Positions 37,392 to 48,656 are shown, counted from the first letter of the stretch. The stretch is 64,000 nt of DNA from a virus (IMGVR_UViG_2609459856_000007:28436-92435); one strand, 5' to 3'. The notes: generated from the letters alone by a model not told the origin. Numbers and translations are program-made.

Positions 37392-38255
37392 CAGGTGGTT
37401 CCTTGTCAAATGTAAAGGTGCACTTGCTCACGTTGACGTAGAAACCCAACCCCTATATAGTTGGATTCGGTGAATGAAAGTCGTTAACGTGAGCTTACGG
37501 CACATGTTTTCGGAAAAACATCAGGGAACGGCTAATTCCTTGATGCGGGTGGGGTCTGTAATGCAGACCCTATCTATTAACGTCATGATTGCATCTCAAA
37601 TTTTCTCCTTATCTTCAATTAATCTACATACATTCATTTTATCTGTTAGCCACCACAATATGTAGAAAATGGCCCTCTTGCAAGTGCATAACTTTGTGGA
37701 TAACTCAGGAAGGAAAAAGTGGCTTTCGCGCACCTTCGGTCAGACAAGGTGTCCGGGAAAGTCAACGCAAAGAAAAAAATTGTTAAAAATAACGTTTGTT
37801 GGAATTGTATATTTTTATCCCCTTCAATGGTTAGCATTCTATTAACATCTTTTTTTAGAGACAGAAAAACATATCGTAACAACATATATACAGTATTAAG
37901 AGGCGAGTATTATCCTGCGGTGGGAATTCTGGGCGCTGTTAGATTCGACTTTCTCAGCAGGATTACATCGTCAACTTGCGACGTTGCCGTATGACTTTCG
38001 TGTAATAGGTGACAATGATGCGGCTAGTGAGTTACTTGTGAAGTTTTTCGGAAAAGGTTTTGTGGCCTCGGATCTTGATGAGCTACAGCAACATGAAGTG
38101 TCTAATTTGATTTTTAGCCATAGCCAATAAGCATCTCTCCCCTTTGAGGCCACAATTTGTGACCTTAAACAATTTGTTTTCTGCTTTTTCTTATTTGAGA
38201 AAATAACGTTGTTGACAGCTAATAGGCTCGTTGTTGTTATACATGCCTGTATAGA

Positions 38256-38612
38256 TTATGACCGTAAATTATTAGCGGATTTTAAGCCATATTCACCGTT
38301 GTAGAAATTACTCATGTTCCATTCATTAGGAAGTTCTTTTCTGTCCAATGTATAGTGGCGCACGATATAACGATCTTCATCTTCTTCGATGGACAGGCGG
38401 ACATAGCCAATGTGAATCACCGATACGGGCGGTGTTCGTATTGCATAGATGTCGCGGAGATATACCGGCAGCTCGACAAATGCATCAGGTGCATCTGTGA
38501 TGCTCGTTTTTTCACAGTATTCATATAACGCATCGTTGATATCGTTAAGAGATTCATGATCGTATATTTCCAGGTAATTACCGCGATCGCGATTGTACTC
38601 GATTTTAGCCAT
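38256..38612 (-). CDS. hypothetical protein (second gene of LexA-box operon)
   Basis: 118-aa ORF immediately after 38613..39197. Confidence 0.45.
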   Translation of the reverse strand: MAKIEYNRDRGNYLEIYDHESLNDINDALYEYCEKTSITDAPDAFVELPVYLRDIYAIRTPPVSVIHIGYVRLSIEEDEDRYIVRHYTLDRKELPNEWNMSNFYNGEYGLKSANNLRS

Positions 38613-39197
38613 TCAAAATCCCCTGTTATCGTTTTGCATTTCTCTAATCCGGTTCAGAACTACTTCGTGCTGGATTTGGATAGCGGCTTTTTCGTTTTCA
38701 AGCCGGGAAATAGACATCTCTAATTCTTTGCTGTACCAGGCGAGCTGGGCCAGGTTCATCCGGTTGTGGTCGAGAGTTGGAGACACTTCGACGCGATCCC
38801 TTTCTTCCTGCTTTAATGAGAAGAGATTCATCTCATCCCTTGAGGAAAATTCAGCAACAATTTCTTGTTGATGATCCGGTCGCTGCGGCATCCTCGCCAG
38901 TATAAATGGCGGTTCTTTTGAAAACATGAATGTCGGTTCAGACCGTGTTTTTACCCAGCTTGCCTGCTGTCTTTCGGCAAGTTCACAGGCTTCATCATAG
39001 TTATCTGCCAAACAAAGCACGGATGGACGGTCCCACGCCCCACCATTCAGACAATAAACTACAATTTTCCCGTCAGGTTGTGTAACCCCATATGGATGGT
39101 CCCACCAGGCGTCCAGCTGAGCTTTAGAGCGTTTCTCGTTAGGAGTGCAGTCAAAATTTTTGGGCAATACAGGATCGAGAGGAATGCGATTAGGCAT
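38613..39197 (-). CDS. hypothetical protein, likely LexA-regulated
   Basis: Divergent from humD across LexA box. Confidence 0.5.
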   Translation of the reverse strand: MPNRIPLDPVLPKNFDCTPNEKRSKAQLDAWWDHPYGVTQPDGKIVVYCLNGGAWDRPSVLCLADNYDEACELAERQQASWVKTRSEPTFMFSKEPPFILARMPQRPDHQQEIVAEFSSRDEMNLFSLKQEERDRVEVSPTLDHNRMNLAQLAWYSKELEMSISRLENEKAAIQIQHEVVLNRIREMQNDNRGF

Positions 39198-39333
39198 AGC
39201 TAATTCCTTATTAACTGATTGGCAACGAGGTTACGCTGATCCCGCGGTGATGAATAGTAGCAAAGCGCACAAAAATCATCAGCGGTGGTTGATGTACATA
39301 ACGTGTTTGCACCAAAGGTGCTTCTTTAATGTA

Positions 39334-39353
39334 TACTGTGCAGATAAACAGTA
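39334..39353. promoter_or_regulatory. LexA (SOS) box
   Basis: TACTGTgcagataaACAGTA = CTGT-N8-ACAG. Confidence 0.75.
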
Positions 39354-39371
39354 TTTTTGAGGTAAAACGCT

Positions 39372-39761
39372 ATGGGTTTCCCTTCTCCTGTGGCGGATTA
39401 TGTTGAAAACCGAATTTCTCTTGATCAGCAGATAATTAGGCATCCATCAGCAACCTACTTCATGCGGGCAGCTGATAGCCATCACCGTGAGGGAATATTG
39501 CAGGGTGCTTTGCTGGTGGTTGATTCTTCGCTTACTCCAGTTGATGGTTCGCTGCTTGTGTGCGCTATGGAGGGTGAATATCGCATAAAGAGATACAGGA
39601 AGTATCCGCGCCAGCACCTGGAGGATTTAAGCACCGGGAAGAAAGAGGCGTTACCAGTAGATGACGATGGATACACGGGCAGTAATGCTGTTTTTGGTGT
39701 GATCACTCATGTCATCAATGATGCCCGAAGTGGGGAGTTTGATGATTGTCCGGTTATTTAA
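39372..39761 (+). CDS. humD: UmuD'-like protein (S24 peptidase fold, no N-terminal arm)
   Basis: Aligns with UmuD C-terminal region (GFPSPVADYVE..., HPSATYF, Ser in AADS, Lys in RIKRYRK); LexA box upstream. Confidence 0.8.
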   Translation: MGFPSPVADYVENRISLDQQIIRHPSATYFMRAADSHHREGILQGALLVVDSSLTPVDGSLLVCAMEGEYRIKRYRKYPRQHLEDLSTGKKEALPVDDDGYTGSNAVFGVITHVINDARSGEFDDCPVI

Positions 39762-39827
39762 GCTGCAAAGGGCTGGTGCTTTATGCCTGTGAGGTTTATA
39801 ATTGTGTACACATAACGAGTACACGAG

Positions 39828-40055
39828 GTGTTTATGCAATCCATTAACTTCCGTACCGCGCGCGGCAACCTTTCTGAAGTGCTCAACAATGTTGAAGCCG
39901 GGGAAGAGGTTGAAATCACCCGCAGAGGCCGTGAGCCAGCAGTAATTGTCAGCAAGGCTACTTTCGAAGCCTACAAAAAAGCGGCGCTGGATGCTGAATT
40001 TGCATCCCTGTTTGACACCCTGGACTCCACCAACAAGGAACTGGTTAACCGATAA
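39828..40055 (+). CDS. phd: Phd antitoxin
   Basis: 75-aa Phd/YefM-type; stop overlaps doc start by 1 nt (TAATG). Confidence 0.85.
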
Positions 40056-40435
40056 TGAGGCATATATCACCGGAAGAACTTATTGCGCTTCATGATGCGA
40101 ATATAAGCCGCTACGGCGGCCTGCCGGGAATGTCAGATCCGGGTAGGGCAGAGGCCATTATCGGGAGAGTTCAGGCCAGAGTTGCCTACGAAGATATCAC
40201 CGACCTTTTCGAAGTCTCCGCCACCTACCTGGTGGCTACAGCGAGAGGGCATATATTCAATGATGCCAATAAGCGTACCGCGCTAAACAGCGCGCTGCTA
40301 TTTCTACGCCGTAACGGGGTGCAGGTATTTGATTCACCTGAACTGGCAGACCTTACTGTAGGGGCTGCGACTGGCGAGATATCTGTATCTTCTGTCGCCG
40401 ACACGTTACGTAGATTGTATGGTTCTGCGGAGTAG
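40055..40435 (+). CDS. doc: Doc toxin (Fic/Doc family)
   Basis: Fic motif [11 protein letters not shown]. Confidence 0.9.
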
Positions 40436-40619
40436 ATTAATGGCACGCAAATACAACAAATTGTCCCGTGAAGCGTTAAAGATGCTTCTTGATGGCGTGA
40501 GTCGCCGCGAGGTAAAGCAATACCTGGTTGGTAAGCAAATTGGAGCCAGGACTGCTATTGCTGTGTTATGCCGTCAGGAAATGGTTGTGCTTAAACAGAG
40601 AATGCCGGGCAGCAGATAA
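40419..40619 (+). CDS. small hypothetical protein
   Basis: 66-aa ORF; position matches first post-doc gene in P1. Confidence 0.35.
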
Positions 40620-40646
40620 AGCCCAATCAGTGATGAAAGGTGTGAT

Positions 40647-41690
40647 GTGAAAGCCGTAATTACTCCCTTTGTACAAAAAGAGCTTGGCGTCGCCACATTC
40701 AAAGTGGATCAGGAAGTCAGAAAGCTGGTGGAGGCTGGCCGTAAATTTATTATGGAGCCGGTGCCGCGTGAGTTAATCGAGCACATGGACGACGGCCTCG
40801 TTGTTTCCGAGCAAACTATGGCAACAAATGAGGCGTTGCAGCCGTTTTTTAACAGCGATGAACTGTTTCGCCGTATTGGTGGAATTGACGCGCTGGTGGC
40901 GTGGTTGCGCAGGAAAGAGGGGCAATGCCAGGCCGCAGATCGTAGCTGGTGTGACAACCATATTGTCCACGCAGAACGAGACAATAGCGCGGTGTTGTTG
41001 TGCTGGCATCACGATAACCATTACCGGATGCGTGGTTTTAATGAGCTGAAAGAAACGCTGCATAATAATCGCGTTAACTGGATACTGGATGTCGCCCGTC
41101 AGGAAATGGGGCTTTCAGATGGCCATGATTTAAGTATTCAGGAACTGTGCTGGTGGGCTTTCATGCGCAACATGATGCACCTGATGCCGGAAGAAGTTTG
41201 CCGTATATCAATAAATAAGATGAAAGCCGCAACGCAGGATAGCGGACCTCTGAAAGAGGCGGATATTCGCCCGTATGACGATCGCGCTACAGCATATGTT
41301 CAGATGATGGAAGAACGCGCCGCGCCGATGCGTGCAAAAGTATGCCCTGTGGATGTTGACTCTGACCCTGGCATGGCGCATTTCAAAATACCAAAACTGC
41401 AATCGCTAAAATTACCTGAGTACATGGACTTTGTTGCTTCCCGTCCATGCTGTGGGTGTGGAGCGGCGGGAGCTGGCGCTCACATTACGCCTTATATCGT
41501 TCGTCATAGTCGATTATGCGCGCATGACATTTACCCAATTCCTCTGTGCCAGTCATGCCAGCGTGATATTGAGCGTGACCGCGATAATTGGGAGAAGACG
41601 CACGGTAGGCTGGCGATGCATCAACGATTGTTCTTTGATTACGCGCTTGGAGTCGGCGCTATCACAAGTCACTCGTCGAGCGTTAGATAA
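40647..41690 (+). CDS. hypothetical protein with Cys-rich C-terminus
   Basis: 347 aa; CCGCG...CxxC cluster; position matches second post-doc gene in P1. Confidence 0.5.
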   Translation: MKAVITPFVQKELGVATFKVDQEVRKLVEAGRKFIMEPVPRELIEHMDDGLVVSEQTMATNEALQPFFNSDELFRRIGGIDALVAWLRRKEGQCQAADRSWCDNHIVHAERDNSAVLLCWHHDNHYRMRGFNELKETLHNNRVNWILDVARQEMGLSDGHDLSIQELCWWAFMRNMMHLMPEEVCRISINKMKAATQDSGPLKEADIRPYDDRATAYVQMMEERAAPMRAKVCPVDVDSDPGMAHFKIPKLQSLKLPEYMDFVASRPCCGCGAAGAGAHITPYIVRHSRLCAHDIYPIPLCQSCQRDIERDRDNWEKTHGRLAMHQRLFFDYALGVGAITSHSSSVR

Positions 41691-41691
41691 A

Positions 41692-41708
41692 ATTGCTCTA
41701 ATGTATTG
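41692..41708. promoter_or_regulatory. C1 operator upstream of lpa
   Basis: ATTGCTCTAATGTATTG vs Op consensus. Confidence 0.55.
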
Positions 41709-41778
41709 CTATTTCTTTAATCGAGGGTATTATATTCCACGTTGATTAGTTGACATGGGCTAATCAGTAGGTGACAGG

Positions 41779-42231
41779 ATGTTACTTAACTGGCAGGGAC
41801 GCCACTTCATGGAAATAAATCACTCACGAATAACATCGTACGAGATTGCGGATTACATGATCCGCACTAAATCTCTTCTGTCAGCGAAAGAACTCGCAGC
41901 AATTCTTGAAAAGGAATACCCGCATCTGGATGTCGATAAGCGCGATGTTTATCTGCGCTTAAAGGCTATCGCTGTGTCTAAGTATTCGTCTGTTTTGATT
42001 GATGACAGTACACGCCCACGTAGATTTCAGATCCACTCTCTGAATCCTGAATTCTTTCGCCGCAGCCGCGCTCCGCGCCGGTTTGATGAAAAACTCCAGA
42101 ACGAACTCTATATGACGCAGGACGAAAAGGAACGCCGGGAGCACCAGCCTTGGGTGATGGCGCGTCAACTTTTCAATAAGGTGGTCCGTCAGCACCGTCA
42201 TTACGGTAATGCCACATCCGCACGTATCTGA
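41779..42231 (+). CDS. lpa: late promoter activator-like protein
   Basis: 150-aa ORF between C1 operator and pacA, as in P1; assigned by position. Confidence 0.5.
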   Translation: MLLNWQGRHFMEINHSRITSYEIADYMIRTKSLLSAKELAAILEKEYPHLDVDKRDVYLRLKAIAVSKYSSVLIDDSTRPRRFQIHSLNPEFFRRSRAPRRFDEKLQNELYMTQDEKERREHQPWVMARQLFNKVVRQHRHYGNATSARI

Positions 42232-42317
42232 TTGATTGCTTGCCCGTTCCGGGCCTTTTGACATGTGACTTTCGTTACCCTCGCGTCAAAAAGAGTTTTA
42301 TACGAAAGGAAGCATAA

Positions 42318-43511
42318 GTGACCTGGGACGATCACAAGAAGAATTTTGCTCGCCTGGCGCGAGATGGTGGTTACACCATCGCACAATATGCCGCCGAGTT
42401 TAATCTCAACCCAAACACCGCACGTCGTTATCTCCGTGCATTCAAAGAAGACACCGGAACAGCGGACAGCCGTAAGCCAAATAAGCCTGTCAGAAAACCA
42501 CTAAAAAGCATGATCATTGATCACGCTAATGATCAACGTGCAGGTGATCACATTGTGGCTGAAATGGCTGAAAAACAAAGAGTTAATGCTGTTGTCAGTG
42601 CCGCAGTCGAGAACGCGAAGCGCCAGAATAAGCGCATAAATGATCGTTCTGATGATCATGACGTGATCACCCGCGCCCACCGGACCTTACGTGATCGCCT
42701 GGAACGCGACACCCTGGATGATGATGGTGAACGCTTTGAATTCGAAGCTGGCGATTACCTGATAGATAACGTTGAAGCGCGGAAGGCCGCGCGCGCTATG
42801 TTGCGTCGGTCCGGGGCTGATGTTCTGGAAACCACTCTTCTGGAAAAGTCTCTCTCTCATCTCCTTATGCTGGAGAACGCCAGGGATACGTGTATTCGCT
42901 TGGTTCAGGAAATGCGCGATCAGCAAAAAGACGATGATGAAGGAACTCCGCCTGAATACCGTATCGCGAGCATGCTAAACAGCTGTTCCGCGCAGATAAG
43001 CAGCCTGATCAACACCATTTACAGCATCCGGAATAACTATCGAAAAGAAAGCCGGGAGGCGGAAAAGCACGCTTTGTCTATGGGGCAAGCTGGCATTGTT
43101 AAGCTGGCATACGAACGAAAGCGTGAAAACAACTGGTCAGTGCTGGAGGCAGCTGAATTCATCGAGGCGCATGGAGGGAAAGTACCGCCCCTGATGCTGG
43201 AGCAAATCAAAGCCGATCTGCGTGCTCCTAAGACCAATACCGATGATGAGGAAAGGCAAACAGCCGTCGGTGGCCCTTCTCTTGAAGATCTGGACAAAGT
43301 TGCGCGAGAACGGGCCGCCAACCGCCGCGCCGATGCCGCATTGTGGATTGAGCAGCGTAGGGAAGAAATCGCCGATATCGTTGATACAGGCGGTTATGGA
43401 GATGTTGATACTGAAGGTGTATCAAACGACCCATGGCTGGAACAAGACCTGGACGAAGACGAGGAGGAAGACGAAGAAGTTACCCGCAAGCTATACGGGG
43501 ATGATGATTAA
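42318..43511 (+). CDS. pacA: terminase small subunit PacA
   Basis: 397 aa; contains pac hexamer cluster; followed by pacB. Confidence 0.75.
   Translation: MTWDDHKKNFARLARDGGYTIAQYAAEFNLNPNTARRYLRAFKEDTGTADSRKPNKPVRKPLKSMIIDHANDQRAGDHIVAEMAEKQRVNAVVSAAVENAKRQNKRINDRSDDHDVITRAHRTLRDRLERDTLDDDGERFEFEAGDYLIDNVEARKAARAMLRRSGADVLETTLLEKSLSHLLMLENARDTCIRLVQEMRDQQKDDDEGTPPEYRIASMLNSCSAQISSLINTIYSIRNNYRKESREAEKHALSMGQAGIVKLAYERKRENNWSVLEAAEFIEAHGGKVPPLMLEQIKADLRAPKTNTDDEERQTAVGGPSLEDLDKVARERAANRRADAALWIEQRREEIADIVDTGGYGDVDTEGVSNDPWLEQDLDEDEEEDEEVTRKLYGDDD
42511..42669. promoter_or_regulatory. pac: pac packaging site (TGATCA/G hexamers, 4 + 3, Dam GATC sites)
   Basis: TGATCA at 42511, 42518, 42530, 42545; TGATCG 42641; TGATCA 42653, 42664. 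Confidence 0.75.
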
Positions 43512-44995
43512 TGGCCAGAAGTTGCGTAACGGATCCACGTTGGCGCGAGCTGGTGGCGCTATATCGTTATGACTGGATTGCGGCCGCTGATGTTTTGTTC
43601 GGCAAAACACCTACCTGGCAGCAGGATCTGATTATTGAGTCTGTGCAGGAACAGGGTAGCAAGACATCTGTTTCGTCTGGTCACGGTACCGGGAAATCAG
43701 ACATGACTTCTATCATGATCATGTTGTTCATAATCATGTATCCCGGTGCCCGCGCCATTATCGTTGCGAACAAAATTCAGCAGGTAATGACCGGTATATT
43801 CAAGTACATCAAGATAAACTGGGCTACTGCCACCAGCCGTTTTCCATGGCTTGCTGATTATTTTGTTCTGACAGAAACCGCTTTCTATGAGGTTACTGGT
43901 AAAGGTGTATGGACTGTAGTACCGAAGGGCTTTCGTCTGGGAAGTGAAGAAGCTCTCGCCGGTGAACACGCAGATCATCTTCTGTATATTATCGATGAAG
44001 CCTCCGGTGTCAGTGATAGAGCTTTCGGTATCATCACCGGTGCTCTTACCGGACAGGATAACCGCATCTTATTACTGTCACAGCCTACACGCCCAAGCGG
44101 CTATTTCTACGATACTCACCATAAACTGGCCAAGCGTCCTGGTAACCCTGATGGCGTTTATACGGCGATCACGCTTAATAGTGAGGAATCACCGCTGGTA
44201 ACGCCAGCATTTATCAAAATGAAGCTGGCGGAGTACGGCGGGCGTGATAACCCTATGTACATGATTAAGGTACGCGGACTATTCCCTAAATCACAGGATG
44301 GCTTCCTTCTTGGACGTGATGAGGTTGAACGTGCGACGCGGCGGAAAGTCAAGATTGCAAAAGGATGGGGCTGGCTTGCATGTGTGGACGTTGCTGGTGG
44401 TACGGGACGGGATAAGTCCGTTATCAATATCATGATGGTGTCCGGCCAGCGAAATAAACGCCGTGTAATCAACTATCGAATGCTGGAATACACAGACGTT
44501 ACAGAAACGCAGCTTGCCGCCAAAATTTTCGCAGAATGTAATCCTGAGCGATTCCCAAATATCACCATAGCGATAGACGGCGATGGCCTGGGTAAAGCAA
44601 CGGCGGATCTGATGTACGAGTATTATGGTATTACCGTACAGCGTATACGCTGGGGTAAAAAGATGCATAGCCGTGAAGATAAGAGCCTGTACTTTGATAA
44701 ACGTGCTTATGCCAACGTTCAAGCCGCAGAGGCCGTAAAATCTGGTCGTATGAGACTGGATAAGGGTAATGAAACTATTGAGGAAGCGTCGAAAATCCCT
44801 GTAGGGATTAACTCCGCAGGTCAATGGAAGGTGATGAGTAAGGAGGATATGAAGAAAAAACTCAACCTGCACTCACCAGACCATTGGGATACATATTGTT
44901 TCGCTATGCTGGCGGATTATGTTCCCCAGGATGAAGTGCTTAGCGTCGAAGACGAAGCGCAGGTTGATGAAGCTCTGGCATGGCTTAATGAATAA
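43511..44995 (+). CDS. pacB: terminase large subunit PacB
   Basis: 494 aa; ATGA overlap with pacA; P1 gene order. Confidence 0.75.
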   Translation: MARSCVTDPRWRELVALYRYDWIAAADVLFGKTPTWQQDLIIESVQEQGSKTSVSSGHGTGKSDMTSIMIMLFIIMYPGARAIIVANKIQQVMTGIFKYIKINWATATSRFPWLADYFVLTETAFYEVTGKGVWTVVPKGFRLGSEEALAGEHADHLLYIIDEASGVSDRAFGIITGALTGQDNRILLLSQPTRPSGYFYDTHHKLAKRPGNPDGVYTAITLNSEESPLVTPAFIKMKLAEYGGRDNPMYMIKVRGLFPKSQDGFLLGRDEVERATRRKVKIAKGWGWLACVDVAGGTGRDKSVINIMMVSGQRNKRRVINYRMLEYTDVTETQLAAKIFAECNPERFPNITIAIDGDGLGKATADLMYEYYGITVQRIRWGKKMHSREDKSLYFDKRAYANVQAAEAVKSGRMRLDKGNETIEEASKIPVGINSAGQWKVMSKEDMKKKLNLHSPDHWDTYCFAMLADYVPQDEVLSVEDEAQVDEALAWLNE

Positions 44996-45019
44996 CTCAT
45001 TGACCATGCCGGATGGAAA

Positions 45020-45871
45020 CTATTGCGCGCTTTCGGGGTTGTCGTTTACTGGCTGCCCCTTCTTAGTTTTACGGCTGCGCGTAACTGATGCGGCTGATTT
45101 GACCTTTTTCTCTTCGCGAGTGATGGCAATTTGTTTTTTTACATTTTCAATATCTGCCAGGCGATATATTTTTGCCTGCGGCCAGCGGTCGCAGATGATC
45201 GGTTCTATAGAGTCATAAAGGCTAAATTTTGCTTTCTCGAATTCACCGTTGATGATAATTCCATCACGGAGAGTTTCATCGCAGATAAACACACCACATA
45301 GCGGCACATGGTAACTAACTGATTTACCATCATTGTAGTTAGGGCTACTAGAAATGTAATGGACGCGCAGCATTGTCTCGCTAAAGCCGTGTACGCGCAT
45401 ACGGAATTTTTCATCCTCCGGGTACTGCTTCATTAGCTCTTTTGTTGCTTCCAGGTTCTCTATGTATTTCGCACTGTGCTCATTGATCCCTGCGCTTTTC
45501 TGGATGCGAATGTCCTTATCAATCAGATGAATAATGCGGCCAGCGGTCATGTTGACGCTGTTCACAGCTTCTGTCTGATAAGTCGTAACCTTACGCACAC
45601 CGCGAAGGATGTTAGGCACTGGATATAAAATAGTCTTTGGGATATTGAGGTCTGGGTACTGTTCCAGTTCCCGCGCCATTAAAGTCCATTTATCAATTTC
45701 AGCCTGAATGCTGTCAGTTTCTTTGAACGGCAGAACGACAACCGGGCGTACAGGACGACCGTCGCTGGCGGCATCAACGTGTTGGGCGCGTGCAACAGCT
45801 TTTTTTAGAAAGAGATCCCTGAAGCTGACGAACTCCTGGTACAGTTGTTCGCCGTAGACATAATTTATCAT
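45020..45871 (-). CDS. c1: C1 repressor of lysogeny
   Basis: 283 aa as in P1; flanked by operators matching ATTGCTCTAATAAATTT; adjacent coi. Confidence 0.85.
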   Translation of the reverse strand: MINYVYGEQLYQEFVSFRDLFLKKAVARAQHVDAASDGRPVRPVVVLPFKETDSIQAEIDKWTLMARELEQYPDLNIPKTILYPVPNILRGVRKVTTYQTEAVNSVNMTAGRIIHLIDKDIRIQKSAGINEHSAKYIENLEATKELMKQYPEDEKFRMRVHGFSETMLRVHYISSSPNYNDGKSVSYHVPLCGVFICDETLRDGIIINGEFEKAKFSLYDSIEPIICDRWPQAKIYRLADIENVKKQIAITREEKKVKSAASVTRSRKTKKGQPVNDNPESAQ

Positions 45872-45981
45872 TGATCCTCCTCCAGAATTGACATGGCCAA
45901 CAACTCACAGCGGATTACACTGGGAGTTGTTGGCCACCATTATAGAAGGATCCAACGAAAATAATAGATTTATTAGTGCAT

Positions 45982-46191
45982 TTATTGTGAGTCTGGCTGG
46001 TTAGTGGCCATGAGATATTCGATTGTGTCAGTGAGATCATCCAGGTCGTCTTGGGTGATGCGGTACTCCTGATTGGATATCTTTGAGTAGTGTTCAGCAA
46101 TGGCGCGGGCAGCGTCGGTTTCGGCGGGGTCTACAGATAAAGCGTTAGAGCAATGTCTAACGTCGTCGATGGTTGGTGGAATGAAAGCCAT
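45982..46191 (-). CDS. coi: C1 inactivator Coi
   Basis: 69-aa ORF upstream of c1 on same strand. Confidence 0.65.
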   Translation of the reverse strand: MAFIPPTIDDVRHCSNALSVDPAETDAARAIAEHYSKISNQEYRITQDDLDDLTDTIEYLMATNQPDSQ

Positions 46192-46429
46192 AATTATGCC
46201 TCACTGTATTGACAACACAGAGCCTGAAGCTCTGACCTACTGTTTCACCCATGATCCATGCTGGGGTAATCTAACAACATTGCGCTGTGTGTAAGATGAG
46301 CAATGCATAGCTGTAATGCCGTTGTATAAGGTTTCCCTGTTTGCTCATTTCCTTCTGAGCCGCTCTACAACGCTGAAGACACATTAAATAGTGAATCCAA
46401 AGTCGTATTACGAAACGGCGGCAAAACTA

Positions 46430-46446
46430 TAATTTATTAGAGCAAT
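46430..46446. promoter_or_regulatory. C1 operator
   Basis: Reverse complement ATTGCTCTAATAAATTA. Confidence 0.6.
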
Positions 46447-46512
46447 TGTCAAACAACTATGAAAAACAATCCAGTTTTTGGCTGGTGGAGTGGGATTTTT
46501 CTCTCAAAATTT

Positions 46513-46529
46513 ATTGCTCTAATAATTCT
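46513..46529. promoter_or_regulatory. C1 operator
   Basis: ATTGCTCTAATAATTCT. Confidence 0.6.
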
Positions 46530-46573
46530 TGATTTTTATGCGCAGCTGGACGTAAACTCCTCTTCAGACCTAA

Positions 46574-46607
46574 TAACTTCGTATAGCATACATTATACGA
46601 AGTTATC
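46574..46607. other. loxP: loxP site-specific recombination site
   Basis: Exact ATAACTTCGTATA-GCATACAT-TATACGAAGTTAT (13-bp inverted arms, 8-bp spacer). Confidence 0.97.
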
Positions 46608-47016
46608 TTAAGGGTTATTGAACATGATCAATTTACCTGTAAATCCATACAGTTCAATACCTTATCAGGTCAAATAGTGATCATTTGATCAAGGTTGCGC
46701 TACGTAAAATCTGCGAAATGTTGGCAGTGTTAGTGCTCCAGATTTCGCGTAGCGCACTTAGCACCACCAATCAATCAGAGGTGAAAAATGGGATATTCAG
46801 CTGCTAAAGTGTCCACTCATATTGAGCTTGAGAAAAACCGTGGTTACTGGCGGGCAAAAGGGGTTGATTGTGATAGTTGTCAACTGTCATTATCGCGCGG
46901 TGAAGAGAAAATAGAACGCACGCGCGGTCGCTGGCGTTTCTATGACGAGAACCATAAACAGGTAAAGGCAGAGCCGATCCTGTACACTTTACTTAAAACC
47001 ATTATCTGAGTGTTAA

Positions 47017-48048
47017 ATGTCCAATTTACTGACCGTACACCAAAATTTGCCTGCATTACCGGTCGATGCAACGAGTGATGAGGTTCGCAAGAATCTGATG
47101 GACATGTTCAGGGATCGCCAGGCGTTTTCTGAGCATACCTGGAAAATGCTTCTGTCCGTTTGCCGGTCGTGGGCGGCATGGTGCAAGTTGAATAACCGGA
47201 AATGGTTTCCCGCAGAACCTGAAGATGTTCGCGATTATCTTCTATATCTTCAGGCGCGCGGTCTGGCAGTAAAAACTATCCAGCAACATTTGGGCCAGCT
47301 AAACATGCTTCATCGTCGGTCCGGGCTGCCACGACCAAGTGACAGCAACGCTGTTTCACTGGTCATGCGGCGGATCCGAAAAGAAAACGTTGATGCCGGT
47401 GAACGTGCAAAACAGGCACTAGCGTTCGAACGCACTGATTTCGACCAGGTTCGTTCACTCATGGAAAATAGCGATCGCTGCCAGGATATACGTAATCTGG
47501 CATTTCTGGGGATTGCTTATAACACCCTGTTACGTATAGCCGAAATTGCCAGGATCAGGGTTAAAGATATCTCACGTACTGACGGTGGGAGAATGTTAAT
47601 CCATATTGGCAGAACGAAAACGCTGGTTAGCACCGCAGGTGTAGAGAAGGCACTTAGCCTGGGGGTAACTAAACTGGTCGAGCGATGGATTTCTGTCTCT
47701 GGTGTGGCTGATGATCCGAATAACTACTTGTTTTGCCGGGTCAGAAAAAATGGTGTTGCCTCGCCATCATCCACCAGCCAGCTATCAACTCGCGCCCTGG
47801 AAGGGATTTTTGAAGCAACTCACCGATTGATTTACGGGGCTAAGGATGACTCTGGTCAGAGGTACCTGGCCTGGTCTGGACACAGTGCCCGTGTCGGAGC
47901 CGCGCGAGATATGGCCCGCGCCGGAGTTTCAATACCGGAGATCATGCAAGCTGGTGGCTGGACCAACGTAAATATTGTCATGAACTATATCCGTAATCTG
48001 GATAGTGAAACGGGGGCAATGGTGCGCCTGCTGGAAGATGGTGATTAG
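47017..48048 (+). CDS. cre: Cre tyrosine recombinase
   Basis: 343 aa; MSNLLTVHQNLPALPVDATSDEVRKNLMDMFRDRQAFSEHTWKMLLSVCRSWAAWCK... matches P1 Cre. Confidence 0.97.
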   Translation: MSNLLTVHQNLPALPVDATSDEVRKNLMDMFRDRQAFSEHTWKMLLSVCRSWAAWCKLNNRKWFPAEPEDVRDYLLYLQARGLAVKTIQQHLGQLNMLHRRSGLPRPSDSNAVSLVMRRIRKENVDAGERAKQALAFERTDFDQVRSLMENSDRCQDIRNLAFLGIAYNTLLRIAEIARIRVKDISRTDGGRMLIHIGRTKTLVSTAGVEKALSLGVTKLVERWISVSGVADDPNNYLFCRVRKNGVASPSSTSQLSTRALEGIFEATHRLIYGAKDDSGQRYLAWSGHSARVGAARDMARAGVSIPEIMQAGGWTNVNIVMNYIRNLDSETGAMVRLLEDGD

Positions 48049-48065
48049 CCGTCAACGCATAATAA

Positions 48066-48082
48066 ATTGCTCTAATTATTTG
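48066..48082. promoter_or_regulatory. C1 operator
   Basis: ATTGCTCTAATTATTTG. Confidence 0.55.
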
Positions 48083-48098
48083 ATATTTATGGTGGCAT

Positions 48099-48410
48099 AT
48101 GAGAAAGGATTTCAACATCGACGGAAAATATGTAGTGCTGTCTGTAAGCACTAATATTCAGTCGCCAGCCGTCATTGTCACTGTAAAGCTGAGCGATAGA
48201 ATGCCTGATATTGACTCAATATCCGTTGCGTTTCCTGTCAAAAGTATGCGTAGTGCTGAACATTTCGTAATGAATGCCACCGAGGAAGAAGCACGGCGCG
48301 GTCTTGGTAAAGTGATGTCTGAGTTTGTCGAATTTCTGGGGCTCGTTAACAAAGCCCTCACAATCAGTTCAGCAAGGTCCAAAGCGTTAACAGCTTCCAT
48401 GATGAAATAA
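48099..48410 (+). CDS. hypothetical protein (cre-adjacent gene)
   Basis: 103-aa ORF between cre and ref. Confidence 0.5.
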   Translation: MRKDFNIDGKYVVLSVSTNIQSPAVIVTVKLSDRMPDIDSISVAFPVKSMRSAEHFVMNATEEEARRGLGKVMSEFVEFLGLVNKALTISSARSKALTASMMK

Positions 48411-48542
48411 AAAAAAGCCTGGCAAGGAGCCAGGCTGCACAAAAGAGCGGGTTTGTATTCCGCATCCAATCAATCAAGAAGGAGTATAGCACACAGGTAC
48501 TGAAGTGAAAAAATGTGATTCGCGATAAACAAAATATCTACC

Positions 48543-48559
48543 ATTGCTCTAATTGATTG
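48543..48559. promoter_or_regulatory. C1 operator overlapping promoter upstream of ref
   Basis: ATTGCTCTAATTGATTG followed by TATAAT at 48561-48566. Confidence 0.6.
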
Positions 48560-48625
48560 CTATAATTGAGCCGCAGTTTTTGTCAACTACGAAGACGTGC
48601 CATTACTTAACTCCTTGACATCATA

Positions 48626-48650
48626 GGCGGCCATTAGGCCGCCTTTTTTT
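48626..48650 (+). terminator. rho-independent terminator-like hairpin in ref leader
   Basis: GGCGGCC-atta-GGCCGCC then TTTTTTT. Confidence 0.5.
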
Positions 48651-48656
48651 GACCAT

